Under the pieces are notes generated by a model. It saw only the letters and a program-made list of their open reading frames with translations, was not told the origin of the DNA and ran no database searches. A stretch of 32,000 nt of DNA from contig CALYBE010000002.1 in NCBI GenBank assembly GCA_944393735.1, forward strand, positions 11,393 through 43,392, given 5' to 3'. Positions within the stretch are counted from its first letter, which is position 1. Each line of letters starts with the position of its first letter. The translations under genes were made by a program, and so were the position numbers. Source of the stretch: an uncultured Clostridia bacterium. GTDB taxonomy: Bacteria > Bacillota > Clostridia > TANB77 > CAG-508. Shown in pieces: positions 1 through 10,100 of this stretch.

Positions 1-2907
1 TTCTGGTTCTACAAGTACTGTTCCTTCTGGAACTAATCCTTTTAATGTAATATTTTTAATTTGTCTCTCTCCTATGTTTTTTATTGCCATCTTATATTTT
101 ATTACTTCTCCAACCTTTACTGTGTCTCCATCTTTTAATGTGTCATTACCAACTGTTGCTGTTAATGTTGTTTCCATTTCTATTTTTGTTGGTGTTAATA
201 ATGTAAATGTTCTTGTTTCTGTGCTATTGTTATTTGATGTTTCTGTATCATATGTTATAGAACATATTGTAGCAGAAATTAAGTTTGGGTCAATTACATC
301 TGGTAGTTGGACTGTGTATCTCATTATATAATTGCTCTCTACATCTAATTCATTTAATACTACTAAGAATAATGATGGATTTGTTAGTGAATTTATATTT
401 GTAGTCCATCCATTATTTGCATCATTTATATCTGATGTTGCATTTGGATTTTCTGTATAATATATTGTTGCATTTTCTGCTGTTACATTTGTTAATTTTG
501 TTGCAAATGTGTTTTCATTTTCATCTACTGTATTTCCTGTTGTAGGTAGTATTCCTAATATTTTAACATTAGTCATTTTTTCACCAATATTATTTACTAA
601 AGCTAGGTTTAAAGGTATTTCAATTCCTGTTGCTGTTGCTGGTACATATACATTTGCATCTTGTTCTAATTTTATTATGTTCTCATCTTCTTCTCCTGTT
701 GATGATGAATCTGTTTCTTTAGGCACAACACTAATTCCTGAATTTTGATCTACTTCAATATTGAATATTTTAAATAATCCATTTGGAGATGATATTCCTA
801 TATCTTGTTCTACTATTCCTTTATCAGTTGTTCCTCCAAAGTATGTTGTAGCATTTTCGTTTGTATATTCCATTGTAATTTTACTTGTTGCTTTTGGTGC
901 TGTTTGTGATAATGTTAATGTTAAATCTAATTGTAGATATATTTGTGTTGCAGAAACACTTGTATATTCTGTTTGTTCTCCAGTTAAAGTTAATATTATT
1001 ACTTTATTTTTTGTGTCATATTGTGCTTTTATTGTAAATCCTTCTGCATATAATTTATCTGCATTGTTTAATTTTATACTTTCAACTGCATCTGGTAGTT
1101 GAATTCTTATTACTGGATTTTTATATAAATCATATTGTTCATTTTCTGTAACTAATTTAATACCCATAATTACATTGTTGTCTTGCATTGTTGATAAATA
1201 TTGTTTATCTATTGTTAATTCAGCTTTTGTAATTGTGTCATTCATTTTTATTTCATAATCACCAGAAGTTTCTACTACTGGTTGATTATCTTTAAGTCCT
1301 TGTACAGTAACTGTATTTTTCATTGAAGTTACAGCTTTTAATTGTTCTTTTGTATAGTCATTTGATCCTATTGCTTTTATTTGTGTAAGTTCAATTACTC
1401 CTGCAGATACTGGTGCTGAGGCCATAATGTTTAATGATGTTGTATTTTCTGGGTAATATACATATATATCTCCTTCAGCTGTAGGTGTTACTTTATTTTC
1501 TGTAATTAATGTTTTGTCTACAACAATTGTATTTACACCATCATCTATTGTTAATGAACCTTCTGTCCCTAAAACTGTAAATAAATTTACATAGTTTATT
1601 TTTGTTGCTATATATTTAACATTTGCTTCAAGTTCTTCAGATTCTGTTACAAATTTATCTGCACCTTCATTTATTATTAAACTATTTATTGTGTTTGCAT
1701 TTGTTATATATGCTGTTGTTGTTGTTTCAAATTGAATATCTTTTTTGTCTGTTGCACTTACATTTGCATATAATTGTCCTTTGTAAAGTTCATCTATATG
1801 TGAATCCTCTTCTACCATTACTATATTATTTAATTCTTGATTTTCAATTCCATATGAAGCTCTTCCAGTAAGAACTGTATTATATGGATCATATAGTGAA
1901 ATTTCTGAGTTTGCTTCAAATTCTACTTTTGTTGCATCTACTGTTTCATCGTAAATAAATGTTATTACAAATGAATCGTATTTATTTCTGTTCCATGTTA
2001 TTATATTTTCATTTGGTTCATTTGTTAATACGATTTGTAATTTGTCGTTTTCATCTATTTCTTCTTCTGTTGCTACTGTTTGATTTTCTGTTGTAGATGT
2101 TTCTTCTGTATTTTCCTCAGTTTCTCCGTCAGAATATTTAACAGCCCCTGCTCCCTCTCCATTAGTAGCTTGTGTTCCTAATGAAAACATTTCAATTGAT
2201 TCTGGTTTTTGGTCACTTAAAACTGGTGCAGAAAATTGAATTGTAGTTTGTTTTACTGGATATTCATTTCCAGATACTCTTGATTTTATTAATACTTGAA
2301 CTACTCTTTTATTTTCTCCACTTACTTCCATTACCTTATTAGTAATAATTGAAGTTTCAAGTTCAGTTTTAATTTCTTCATCTGCTACTATTTTTAATGT
2401 AACATTTGTAGAAAGGTCAACATTTAATTCTTTTGCTTCTGATTGCATATATGTTCCTGTTAATTTTAATGTTGAGGTTTTTGTTAACATATCTACTGAA
2501 ATACTTTCTGGTTCTTGTACTTCAATTTCTAATTCAATGTTTACTGCTTCTCCATTGTTTATTTGTTTTAAATTAACCTTATTTTCCTCAATACTTGATA
2601 TTGCATCAGAAAGAATAGTATTTTTTATTTTAAAATTACTATCTTGGAGTTCAATTGCTCCATTAAAATATCCTTCATTTTCTACTGCAATACTTACAGA
2701 TAATCTTAAGCTCGTATTTCTTGAGCTTTGATCAATTGTATTGACTTTATTGCCGTTCTCATCAATAAAATTAGCAGAAAATTTGATATTTTCGGTTGCT
2801 GCATTGTTTGCTGCATAGCTTATCAATCCTGCGCCAAAGGCACAGCAATCGCCTGCCAATAACATGACTATAATAAGTATTGAAATTATTTTATTAATAG
2901 TCCTCAT
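1..2907 (-). CDS. Giant cell-surface repeat protein, N-terminal 969 codons (3' end runs off the left edge); paralog of the 7128..12173 product
   Basis: Absent from the ORF track because no stop lies inside the window. Manual reverse translation: ATG at 2907..2905, preceded by GGAGGT (2921..2916, 8-nt spacer), gives MRTINKIISILIIVMLLAGDCCAFGAGLI. This parallels MRIINKIISVIIIIMILAGNFTILGTELI of the 1681-aa ORF. Codons 60..1 read IKNITLKGLVPEGTVLVEPE, matching NNVVLKGTVPEGAVLVEPE near residue 1010 of the paralog. 2907 is divisible by 3, so the frame agrees at both ends. I did not translate every codon in between. Confidence 0.8.
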   Translation of the reverse strand, partial: MRTINKIISILIIVMLLAGDCCAFGAGLISYAANNAATENIKFSANFIDENGNKVNTIDQSSRNTSLRLSVSIAVENEGYFNGAIELQDSNFKIKNTILSDAISSIEENKVNLKQINNGEAVNIELEIEVQEPESISVDMLTKTSTLKLTGTYMQSEAKELNVDLSTNVTLKIVADEEIKTELETSIITNKVMEVSGENKRVVQVLIKSRVSGNEYPVKQTTIQFSAPVLSDQKPESIEMFSLGTQATNGEGAGAVKYSDGETEENTEETSTTENQTVATEEEIDENDKLQIVLTNEPNENIITWNRNKYDSFVITFIYDETVDATKVEFEANSEISLYDPYNTVLTGRASYGIENQELNNIVMVEEDSHIDELYKGQLYANVSATDKKDIQFETTTTAYITNANTINSLIINEGADKFVTESEELEANVKYIATKINYVNLFTVLGTEGSLTIDDGVNTIVVDKTLITENKVTPTAEGDIYVYYPENTTSLNIMASAPVSAGVIELTQIKAIGSNDYTKEQLKAVTSMKNTVTVQGLKDNQPVVETSGDYEIKMNDTITKAELTIDKQYLSTMQDNNVIMGIKLVTENEQYDLYKNPVIRIQLPDAVESIKLNNADKLYAEGFTIKAQYDTKNKVIILTLTGEQTEYTSVSATQIYLQLDLTLTLSQTAPKATSKITMEYTNENATTYFGGTTDKGIVEQDIGISSPNGLFKIFNIEVDQNSGISVVPKETDSSSTGEEDENIIKLEQDANVYVPATATGIEIPLNLALVNNIGEKMTNVKILGILPTTGNTVDENENTFATKLTNVTAENATIYYTENPNATSDINDANNGWTTNINSLTNPSLFLVVLNELDVESNYIMRYTVQLPDVIDPNLISATICSITYDTETSNNNSTETRTFTLLTPTKIEMETTLTATVGNDTLKDGDTVKVGEVIKYKMAIKNIGERQIKNITLKGLVPEGTVLVEPE

Positions 2908-3214
2908 AATTTTTTACCTCCTAAAATTTTTGCACTTATTTAAATTGTAGCATCATATTTTTTTGATTTCAATACATTGTAGGAGCTCTTTTTTGAGTCA
3001 TTTTTCTTTTACCTTAAGGAAATTCAACTTTCAGAAAATATTACATTTTTATTAAATTTTTGACCTATTTTTACAATTTTTCTAGGGAATTCCAATATTT
3101 GGTGCTTTTTTTAGACACCAAAAATTTACATGTTTTTCACATAATTTTATACATCTAACTTGCCAATATTTATTCTGTACTTTAAAATTTCCTTTCAGTC
3201 AATTTGTTCAATGT

Positions 3215-3279
3215 AAAAAAAAGCAGATGTAAGATTTTCTAACATTTGCTAATGTATAGCTAATCTTAAATCTGCTTTT
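3215..3279 (-). terminator. Rho-independent terminator after the 1269-aa gene
   Basis: Arms gcagatgtaagatt (3223..3236) and aatcttaaatctgc (3262..3275): 14 bp with 1 mismatch and a 25-nt loop. An A8 run on the + strand (3215..3222) gives a U8 run right after the hairpin in the minus-strand RNA. Confidence 0.65.
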
Positions 3280-3292
3280 AATATAATTATTT

Positions 3293-6200
3293 TTATTTTA
3301 TAAGAATTTTTTTCTTTATAAATATTATTCCAGTTACTAATACAGCTAATCCTATTACTGCTATTACTATATAAATTATTGTTGTTAAAATTCCTGTTGG
3401 TGGTGTTATTCTTACTACTATCCTTGCATCATCTTGTTCGTGTAATCCTTGTTGCTCTTTATTTATGTCTGTATTAAGTTTTCTTGATGCTAGACTTGGT
3501 ATGTAGTTACCTGTTTTATATGTTTTAGTAACTTGTTCTCTTGAGTCGTCTTTTACACTATCTATTGTTCTTGCAATTTTTCCATTAATTTGTAAAATCT
3601 CTACATGATTTTCATATACATAGCTGTCTCCTTGTATTGCAAGTACTTTAGATATATGTAATGGTATAGTTTTACTTTCTCCAATTCCAACTTCTTTGAA
3701 ACTTTCAGTTGTCAATACTGAATAGCTTTGTTCTGTGAGTGCTTTATATGTTCCTTCTGAAATTAAATATTTTTCATTTCCTGAAGAGTCTACATATAAT
3801 TCATTAGCATTTATTATTTGCCAATCAGGATTGTCTCCATTTTCTTGTGAAAATACTACTTCTGAATCTAAATAGTCTGCTACTAATTCTGCTGATTGTT
3901 TTATTAGATATGTTGGATTTTCACCATAATAGTAATAATCTCCATTTCCTCCTATTACAGAATCATATTCGTAATCTTTTTCACTATTATTTGTAAATGT
4001 TATTTTGTATGTTATGTCAATTTTAGCATCATGCATTAATTCTGTGTCCATTTCAATTCTTATCAATCTATCTCTGTTTTCTTTATATTCTTGTCTTGTT
4101 GTTATAGAGTCTTTTGGTCCTAATGCAACTAAATAATTCAAATCTTCATTATATGGGTCTCCATCTAATAATACTTGACCATTTGCTAAAACCACTTTAA
4201 TATTACTTATTGTTTTATCAATAACTAAGTCTTCTCTTGGTCTTTCTATAATTCCAAAATCAAATATTGATAATTCATGTTCAAATATTCCACCTGTTGG
4301 GTCTACTTGTGCTACTTGATCTACTGTATATTGTAACTGTACTTTAAATGAATTGCTATATGCTGTCATATTAACTTTTTCATTAAATGTACTATAATTT
4401 AATGAGTCAATCGCTAATCTTTCATTTAAGTCATCAATTGCAATAGATGCATTATCTGGTGCTATTAGGTGCCATTTGTCATTTTCATCAGTTTCTTTAA
4501 ATAAGTTTTCCATTGGATTTTGAGTAATTATAGTTGATTTATAGTTTCTTGCATTTATTTCATAACCGTTAATTTTTGAAACATTTCCACCTAGTTCACT
4601 AGAGTCATTACCATAAGTGTATTTTATAATATAGTTGTCTTCTATAATTCCTAATGTTAATAAGTTACCAAATGAATAATTTCCATTACTGTCTGTATAT
4701 ACTACTGCATCAACAGGTGTTGCTACATTTAATGCAGAATATAGTTTTGCTAATTCTGTAGTTCCATCTTCATTAACTTTTAGTAATTCTACTTTTACGT
4801 TTTCTACACCTTTTTCTCCATTATTTACTCCGTCTCCTAATCTTTCATTAATTTCCTTGCTTTCACTTGTTTGTGTGTCTTCCCAAACCGTTCCTGAGAT
4901 TATTCTGTAATTAGGATCTTTCATTAATAAGAATGTTGGTGCTATATCTGTATCATCTTGATATGTTGATACATCTCCTGGTACTGCATCTCCTGCTGCT
5001 GAGTCAATATCTATTCCTGCATATTGTTTTCCTGTTCTACCTTTTTGTGCTGCTGTTTCTGCTTCTGCACATATTGTGTTTGCTCCATATTGTGTTGAAT
5101 ATACATAAATTTCACAAACATTTTTTAATAGTGCATCTTCAGTTAATAATCTTTTTACAGTACTATCATTTACTCTAAATTCTATTGAAATTATTTCTGA
5201 TTGGTTTCCTGGTTCAATTGTTTTTCCATTTAATATGTCTGTAGTTGCTGCTTTATATTCATTAGAATTGTAATCTACATCTGTCCAACCTGATGAAACA
5301 ATGGTGTAATCATCATCATAGTAATCAATTATTTGCTTTACTATTACTGGTAAAGTATTTGATTGGTTCTTTACTACTATATTATATGTTACATATACTT
5401 GTAAATCTTCTGTTCCTTCTTTATTTACATATGCTATATCTGCTGGGTTTACAACTCTTGTATATGTCATTGAATATTTATCAGTGAATTTTACTTTATA
5501 GTCAAATAAACCATCTTCTGCTGATTGAATTCCTCTGTTACCATATATGTATGTGTATTCTTGACCTTTCATTATAACTCTTACTTTTTCAATATCAGAT
5601 GTTATTGCTATGTCTGGTTGCTCTCTTTTTATTAGTCCTAAATTTACATTTTCTATTGTCCAAGTATCTGTGTCTTCATATAATCCTTCTGATAAACAGT
5701 GTGATGCAAATAGTGGATTACAATCTGGATCACTACAATAATGAGGAATTGGTATTGTAACTCCTAATATATTTTGAAATGTAAAATATCTAAAATGTGT
5801 TCCTTTACTTCCGCTATAGCAATGTTCATGACAATATATTGTTCCACTTTTAGATGATGTTGAATAATTGTCTAGTAAGGATAATAGTGTTGATTGTGTT
5901 GAAGCTGAAACTAAAGCATTTTTTAAGTCTGAATTTTCAATATCAACTGTTGCAGCTCCATCTGCTATATTGTATTTTAAATTGTATTTTGTGTTTCCTT
6001 CATCTATAACTCCTTGATTTGATATTTCATCAAATTCGTTGTCTAATTTTGTTCTTTCTGTTACATTTTCTATAGCTTTTGATGTATTTGTTGCTTGTGT
6101 ATTTACGGCTACAGTAGTATATTCAAATCCATTATATTCAAATTGTACATATGAAGTGTTTATTAAATTGTATGTAAATTGATCAACTTCATATTCATGG

Positions 6201-7102
6201 TTTTTTATTACAATTTGGTATTTCATTTCATAATAGCCATTTGAATCTGTTGTTGTACTTGCTAATATTGTTCCTGCTGCACTTTTCCAGTAAACTTTTA
6301 TTCCTTCAAGTCTTTTTTCTCCAGAATCCATTTGGTTGTTTCCAACATTTGATTTTCCACCTAATTCATCTTCCCAAACATATCCTGAAATTGTTACATT
6401 TCCGCTTCCATCTCCTGTTGTTGGAACGTCTGGAGTAGTTGGTGGAACATCTGGAATGTCTGGAGTATCTGGTGGTGTGTCTTCTGGAGGTGTTTGTTTT
6501 CCTGGTATTACTATTATTAATCTTTGCCAAGCTCCTTCTTTTTGATATCTTAATAAATAAATTGTAACAGAATATCCTTTATCTTGTTCAGATCGTGCCA
6601 AGTTTAAAGCTGTTGTTGTATCGGTATATTGACTATTTTTAGAGCCTTTCCATGAAGATGATATATTACCTTGTGAATTATCTACCCATGTATTCCATAG
6701 TCCATATAATCCTTTTTGTGGTAATGTATAATATCCGTTACTACCTGTTTTTCCGTAGCCTGTTCCTGATTTTGTTGCACTTCCTGCAAGTAATGCTGCT
6801 AATTGTCCATTAAGTGGTGAGCTCCATGTTCCACCACTTGATGTTGTTGCTTTATATCCTTCTATTTTTACATATTGTTCTACTCTATAATTAATATATT
6901 TATCTGAAGGTACATGGTTTTCATATTGAACACAATACATTGTACTACTTGAATCTAAAACATATGTACTTACTGGTATTGTATCACCTATATTGAATGA
7001 TGTGTCTGTATATGATGCTGCATATATTGTTGTATTCATATTAACTGATAAAATTCCAATAAATATTAATATTGTAATTATTAATATTTTTATATTTTTC
7101 AT
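3293..7102 (-). CDS. 1269-aa wall-anchored surface protein: N-terminal globular domain with a thioester-like Cys motif, Pro-rich linker, SdrD-B/Cna-B-like stalk domains, C-terminal sorting-signal-like tail
   Basis: ORF track. SD GGGAGGT (7116..7110) lies 7 nt before the ATG, and the gene starts 25 nt after the upstream gene's stop, so the two are probably an operon. Hydrophobic signal-like N-terminus MKNIKILIITILIFIGILSV. Linker PPEDTPPDTPDIPDVPPTTPDVPTTG. Motifs ISGYVWEDELGG...DSNGYYEM and ISGTVWEDTQ...DSNGNYSFGNL are typical of SdrD B-like/Cna-B folds. The tail is TPPTG + hydrophobic helix + KKKILIK. Confidence 0.85.
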   Translation of the reverse strand: MKNIKILIITILIFIGILSVNMNTTIYAASYTDTSFNIGDTIPVSTYVLDSSSTMYCVQYENHVPSDKYINYRVEQYVKIEGYKATTSSGGTWSSPLNGQLAALLAGSATKSGTGYGKTGSNGYYTLPQKGLYGLWNTWVDNSQGNISSSWKGSKNSQYTDTTTALNLARSEQDKGYSVTIYLLRYQKEGAWQRLIIVIPGKQTPPEDTPPDTPDIPDVPPTTPDVPTTGDGSGNVTISGYVWEDELGGKSNVGNNQMDSGEKRLEGIKVYWKSAAGTILASTTTDSNGYYEMKYQIVIKNHEYEVDQFTYNLINTSYVQFEYNGFEYTTVAVNTQATNTSKAIENVTERTKLDNEFDEISNQGVIDEGNTKYNLKYNIADGAATVDIENSDLKNALVSASTQSTLLSLLDNYSTSSKSGTIYCHEHCYSGSKGTHFRYFTFQNILGVTIPIPHYCSDPDCNPLFASHCLSEGLYEDTDTWTIENVNLGLIKREQPDIAITSDIEKVRVIMKGQEYTYIYGNRGIQSAEDGLFDYKVKFTDKYSMTYTRVVNPADIAYVNKEGTEDLQVYVTYNIVVKNQSNTLPVIVKQIIDYYDDDYTIVSSGWTDVDYNSNEYKAATTDILNGKTIEPGNQSEIISIEFRVNDSTVKRLLTEDALLKNVCEIYVYSTQYGANTICAEAETAAQKGRTGKQYAGIDIDSAAGDAVPGDVSTYQDDTDIAPTFLLMKDPNYRIISGTVWEDTQTSESKEINERLGDGVNNGEKGVENVKVELLKVNEDGTTELAKLYSALNVATPVDAVVYTDSNGNYSFGNLLTLGIIEDNYIIKYTYGNDSSELGGNVSKINGYEINARNYKSTIITQNPMENLFKETDENDKWHLIAPDNASIAIDDLNERLAIDSLNYSTFNEKVNMTAYSNSFKVQLQYTVDQVAQVDPTGGIFEHELSIFDFGIIERPREDLVIDKTISNIKVVLANGQVLLDGDPYNEDLNYLVALGPKDSITTRQEYKENRDRLIRIEMDTELMHDAKIDITYKITFTNNSEKDYEYDSVIGGNGDYYYYGENPTYLIKQSAELVADYLDSEVVFSQENGDNPDWQIINANELYVDSSGNEKYLISEGTYKALTEQSYSVLTTESFKEVGIGESKTIPLHISKVLAIQGDSYVYENHVEILQINGKIARTIDSVKDDSREQVTKTYKTGNYIPSLASRKLNTDINKEQQGLHEQDDARIVVRITPPTGILTTIIYIVIAVIGLAVLVTGIIFIKKKILIK

Positions 7103-7127
7103 TCGTTAGACCTCCCTTCTTTTTTTA

Positions 7128-10100
7128 TTAATACTTTCTGTGGATTGTTCTTACTGCAAATAATATTAAACCAATGTTTATTGCTGCTAGAATTATATAT
7201 GCTATTGTCATAATTATTGTTTCTCCTCCTGTTTTTATTGCAATGTAAACATCTGCTGAGCCTATATCGTCTTCTTCATTTAATGCATTATTTGCTATTG
7301 AGTCTATGTCATTTATTCCATAATCATTATAAGCTTCATATATTTCAGCTCTATTATTTATTAGTCCTACATTATCATTTGTCATTGTTTTTGTGAATAT
7401 TATTTTTACTTCTTTTTCTTCACCTGGTTCTAGTTTGTAATTCATTAATTGGTTTGTATATAATTTACCATCTGCTAAATACCAGTCTGGATTTAATTCA
7501 GAACTGAATGTTAATCCATTTGGAAGATAGTCTACTATAGTGTTTACATATCCTGAAATTTCTCCTGTGTTTTTTACATCTATTGTATATTCTAATATTA
7601 CATTTGTTTTACTTAGTTGTTTTGCTGCAATTTCAACTTTTTCAAATGTAGAACTATCATAATTATATGTTTTTACTCCTCTGTCATTTTGAACTGTTAT
7701 TTTACTTATGAATTTGTTTAGCTCTAAGTCAAATATATGTTTTTCTCTTAATCCTATATTGATATTTGTTACATTGCCTTGTACTTTTAGAGTATCTGTT
7801 ACGGCATAAAGCATTTCTTCTCCATTTATAGTTATATTTTTTAATATTGCTTTTGAATTTTTACTTGTTGTTACATCATTTTTTTGATATATTGTTGGTT
7901 CATATTTTTCTGTGTCATACTCAAATAATACAATATATTCTCCATCCGGAATTTTTTCGAATTCATATTCTCCATTTTCGTTTGTTACTGCTTCAATTAT
8001 ATTTTTTGTTTCATTTCTTACATAATCATCTTTTGAGACATCATATAATCTAACTGTAATCTCACTTAGAAGTTTTTCATCGTCATCTTTTTCTCCATTG
8101 TAGTTCTCATCTAGCCATGCAACTCCTGTTATAATGTTTTTTATGTCTTCTATTGTTGCACCTTTTAATATGTGTACTACTTCTTCTGAGACGCTTTTCT
8201 TGAATTCGTGAACATATGCTGTTGCCTGATTTGTTATTGTTTTTGTATCAAAACTTTCAGTAATTGGTTTTACTTTTGTAATTATTTTTATTTCTGCTTT
8301 TCCTTGAATTGGTACTGTAACTCTATGTGAAATTGAGTTTGCAATTTCTTCTACATATGTTTCTGCTTTGTCTGGATTTGTTGTTTGTAATATAGGTGTT
8401 CCGTTTTCATCCATTTCTACTATTTGTAAGTATTGTGGAATTTCATCTCTTATTTCAATAACACTTTCTTTTTCTCCTAGATTTTCAACTGTAATGTAAT
8501 ATTCTACAGTGTCATTTTCTTGAATGTATGCATTGTCTTGAGGACTTGTCATTGTTATTTTTGCATCTGTATTTAATAATTTGTCTATACTTTTATTTGA
8601 TCTATATGTTTCATTATTATATATTACATTTGCTACTGCATATATTTCATTAGATTCGTCTGTTATGTTTCCATAGATTTCAATCCCTACACTACTATTT
8701 GCTGGTATTTCATCAAATACTATGTTGTCTGCAGATATTGTTTCTCCATTATAATAGATTTCCGTAATTTCTACATTGTATAGTTTTAATTCCATTTTTA
8801 CATTTTGAATGGCTGTATCTGATAAGTTTTCTACATATGCAAAGTATTGCATTAATTCTCCTGCTGCTAAGTCAAATGTTTGGTCTACCATTCTTTTTAT
8901 TGTAACTCTTATGTTTGAAGGTTCTACTTTGTTTGTTATTGTGTTTGTTTCTACACTTGTTTCTTCACATGTTGCTATTGCATTACTTGTTATATCTGCT
9001 GTAGTTCCTTGTTTTACTCTTACTTCATATTGCATGATGTATGTTTCATTAACTTTTAATGATGGAATGTTTATTTCTTTTTGAGTTATTTCTGGTCTTT
9101 CTACATAATATGAGCTTTCTGTATATGCATAATCTGCTTCTGGTTCTACAAGTACTGCTCCTTCTGGGACTGTTCCTTTTAGTACTACATTGTTTAAGGT
9201 TTGTAAGCTGTTATTTGTTACAGATACTGTGTACTTTATTACTTCTCCTGTTTTTACTGTGTCCCCAGTTTTTAATGTATTTTCTCCTACCTCTGCTTGT
9301 AATGTTGCATTCATTTTTATTTCTGTTGGTGTCACAAAAGTTATTTTTCTTGAAGTGCTTTCTATATCAGTATTTGTTTCTGTGTCATAAATTACTTTAT
9401 ATTGTGTGCTTGATTCTAAGTCTCCAGCAATTTCTGGTGGTAGTTTTATAGTATAACTCATTAAATAATTGCTTTCTTTTTCTAGTTCTGTTAATACTAT
9501 TAGGAATAATTTTACATTTTTTAAAGTACTTAGTTCAGTTGTCCATCCATTTTCTGCTTTACTTACATCTGCTGTTGCATTTTCATTTTGTGTATAATAG
9601 GTTATTGCATTTTCTGCTGTTATTCCTGTTAATTCTGTAGCAAATGTGTTTACTTTTCCTTCGATTGAATTTTCGCTTGTTGGTATTGTTCCAAATATTC
9701 TAACATTTTTAAGATTTTCATCAGTATTATTTACTAAAGCTATATTAAATTTAATTTGTTCTTCTGTTGCTTGTTTTGGTATTCTGATAGTTGCATTTTC
9801 TTCTATTTCGCTTTCTTGATTGCTTTCCGTATTATTGTTGCTTGAGTTTGGTACTTCAATTTTTGAATTTTCATCTACATCTACATCATAAATTTTTAAT
9901 AATCCACTTGGTGATGAGATTCCTATGCTTTGTTCTACTATTCCTGCATTTGCTGTTTCTGAGCCTTCTGCTCCTGTATTGTAGTAGTTTGTTGCATTTT
10001 CGTTTGTATATTCCATAATGATTTTACTTGTTGTTTTTGGTGCTATTTTTGATAATTTTATGCTTAAGTCTAATTGTAAATATATTTGTGTTGCTGATAC

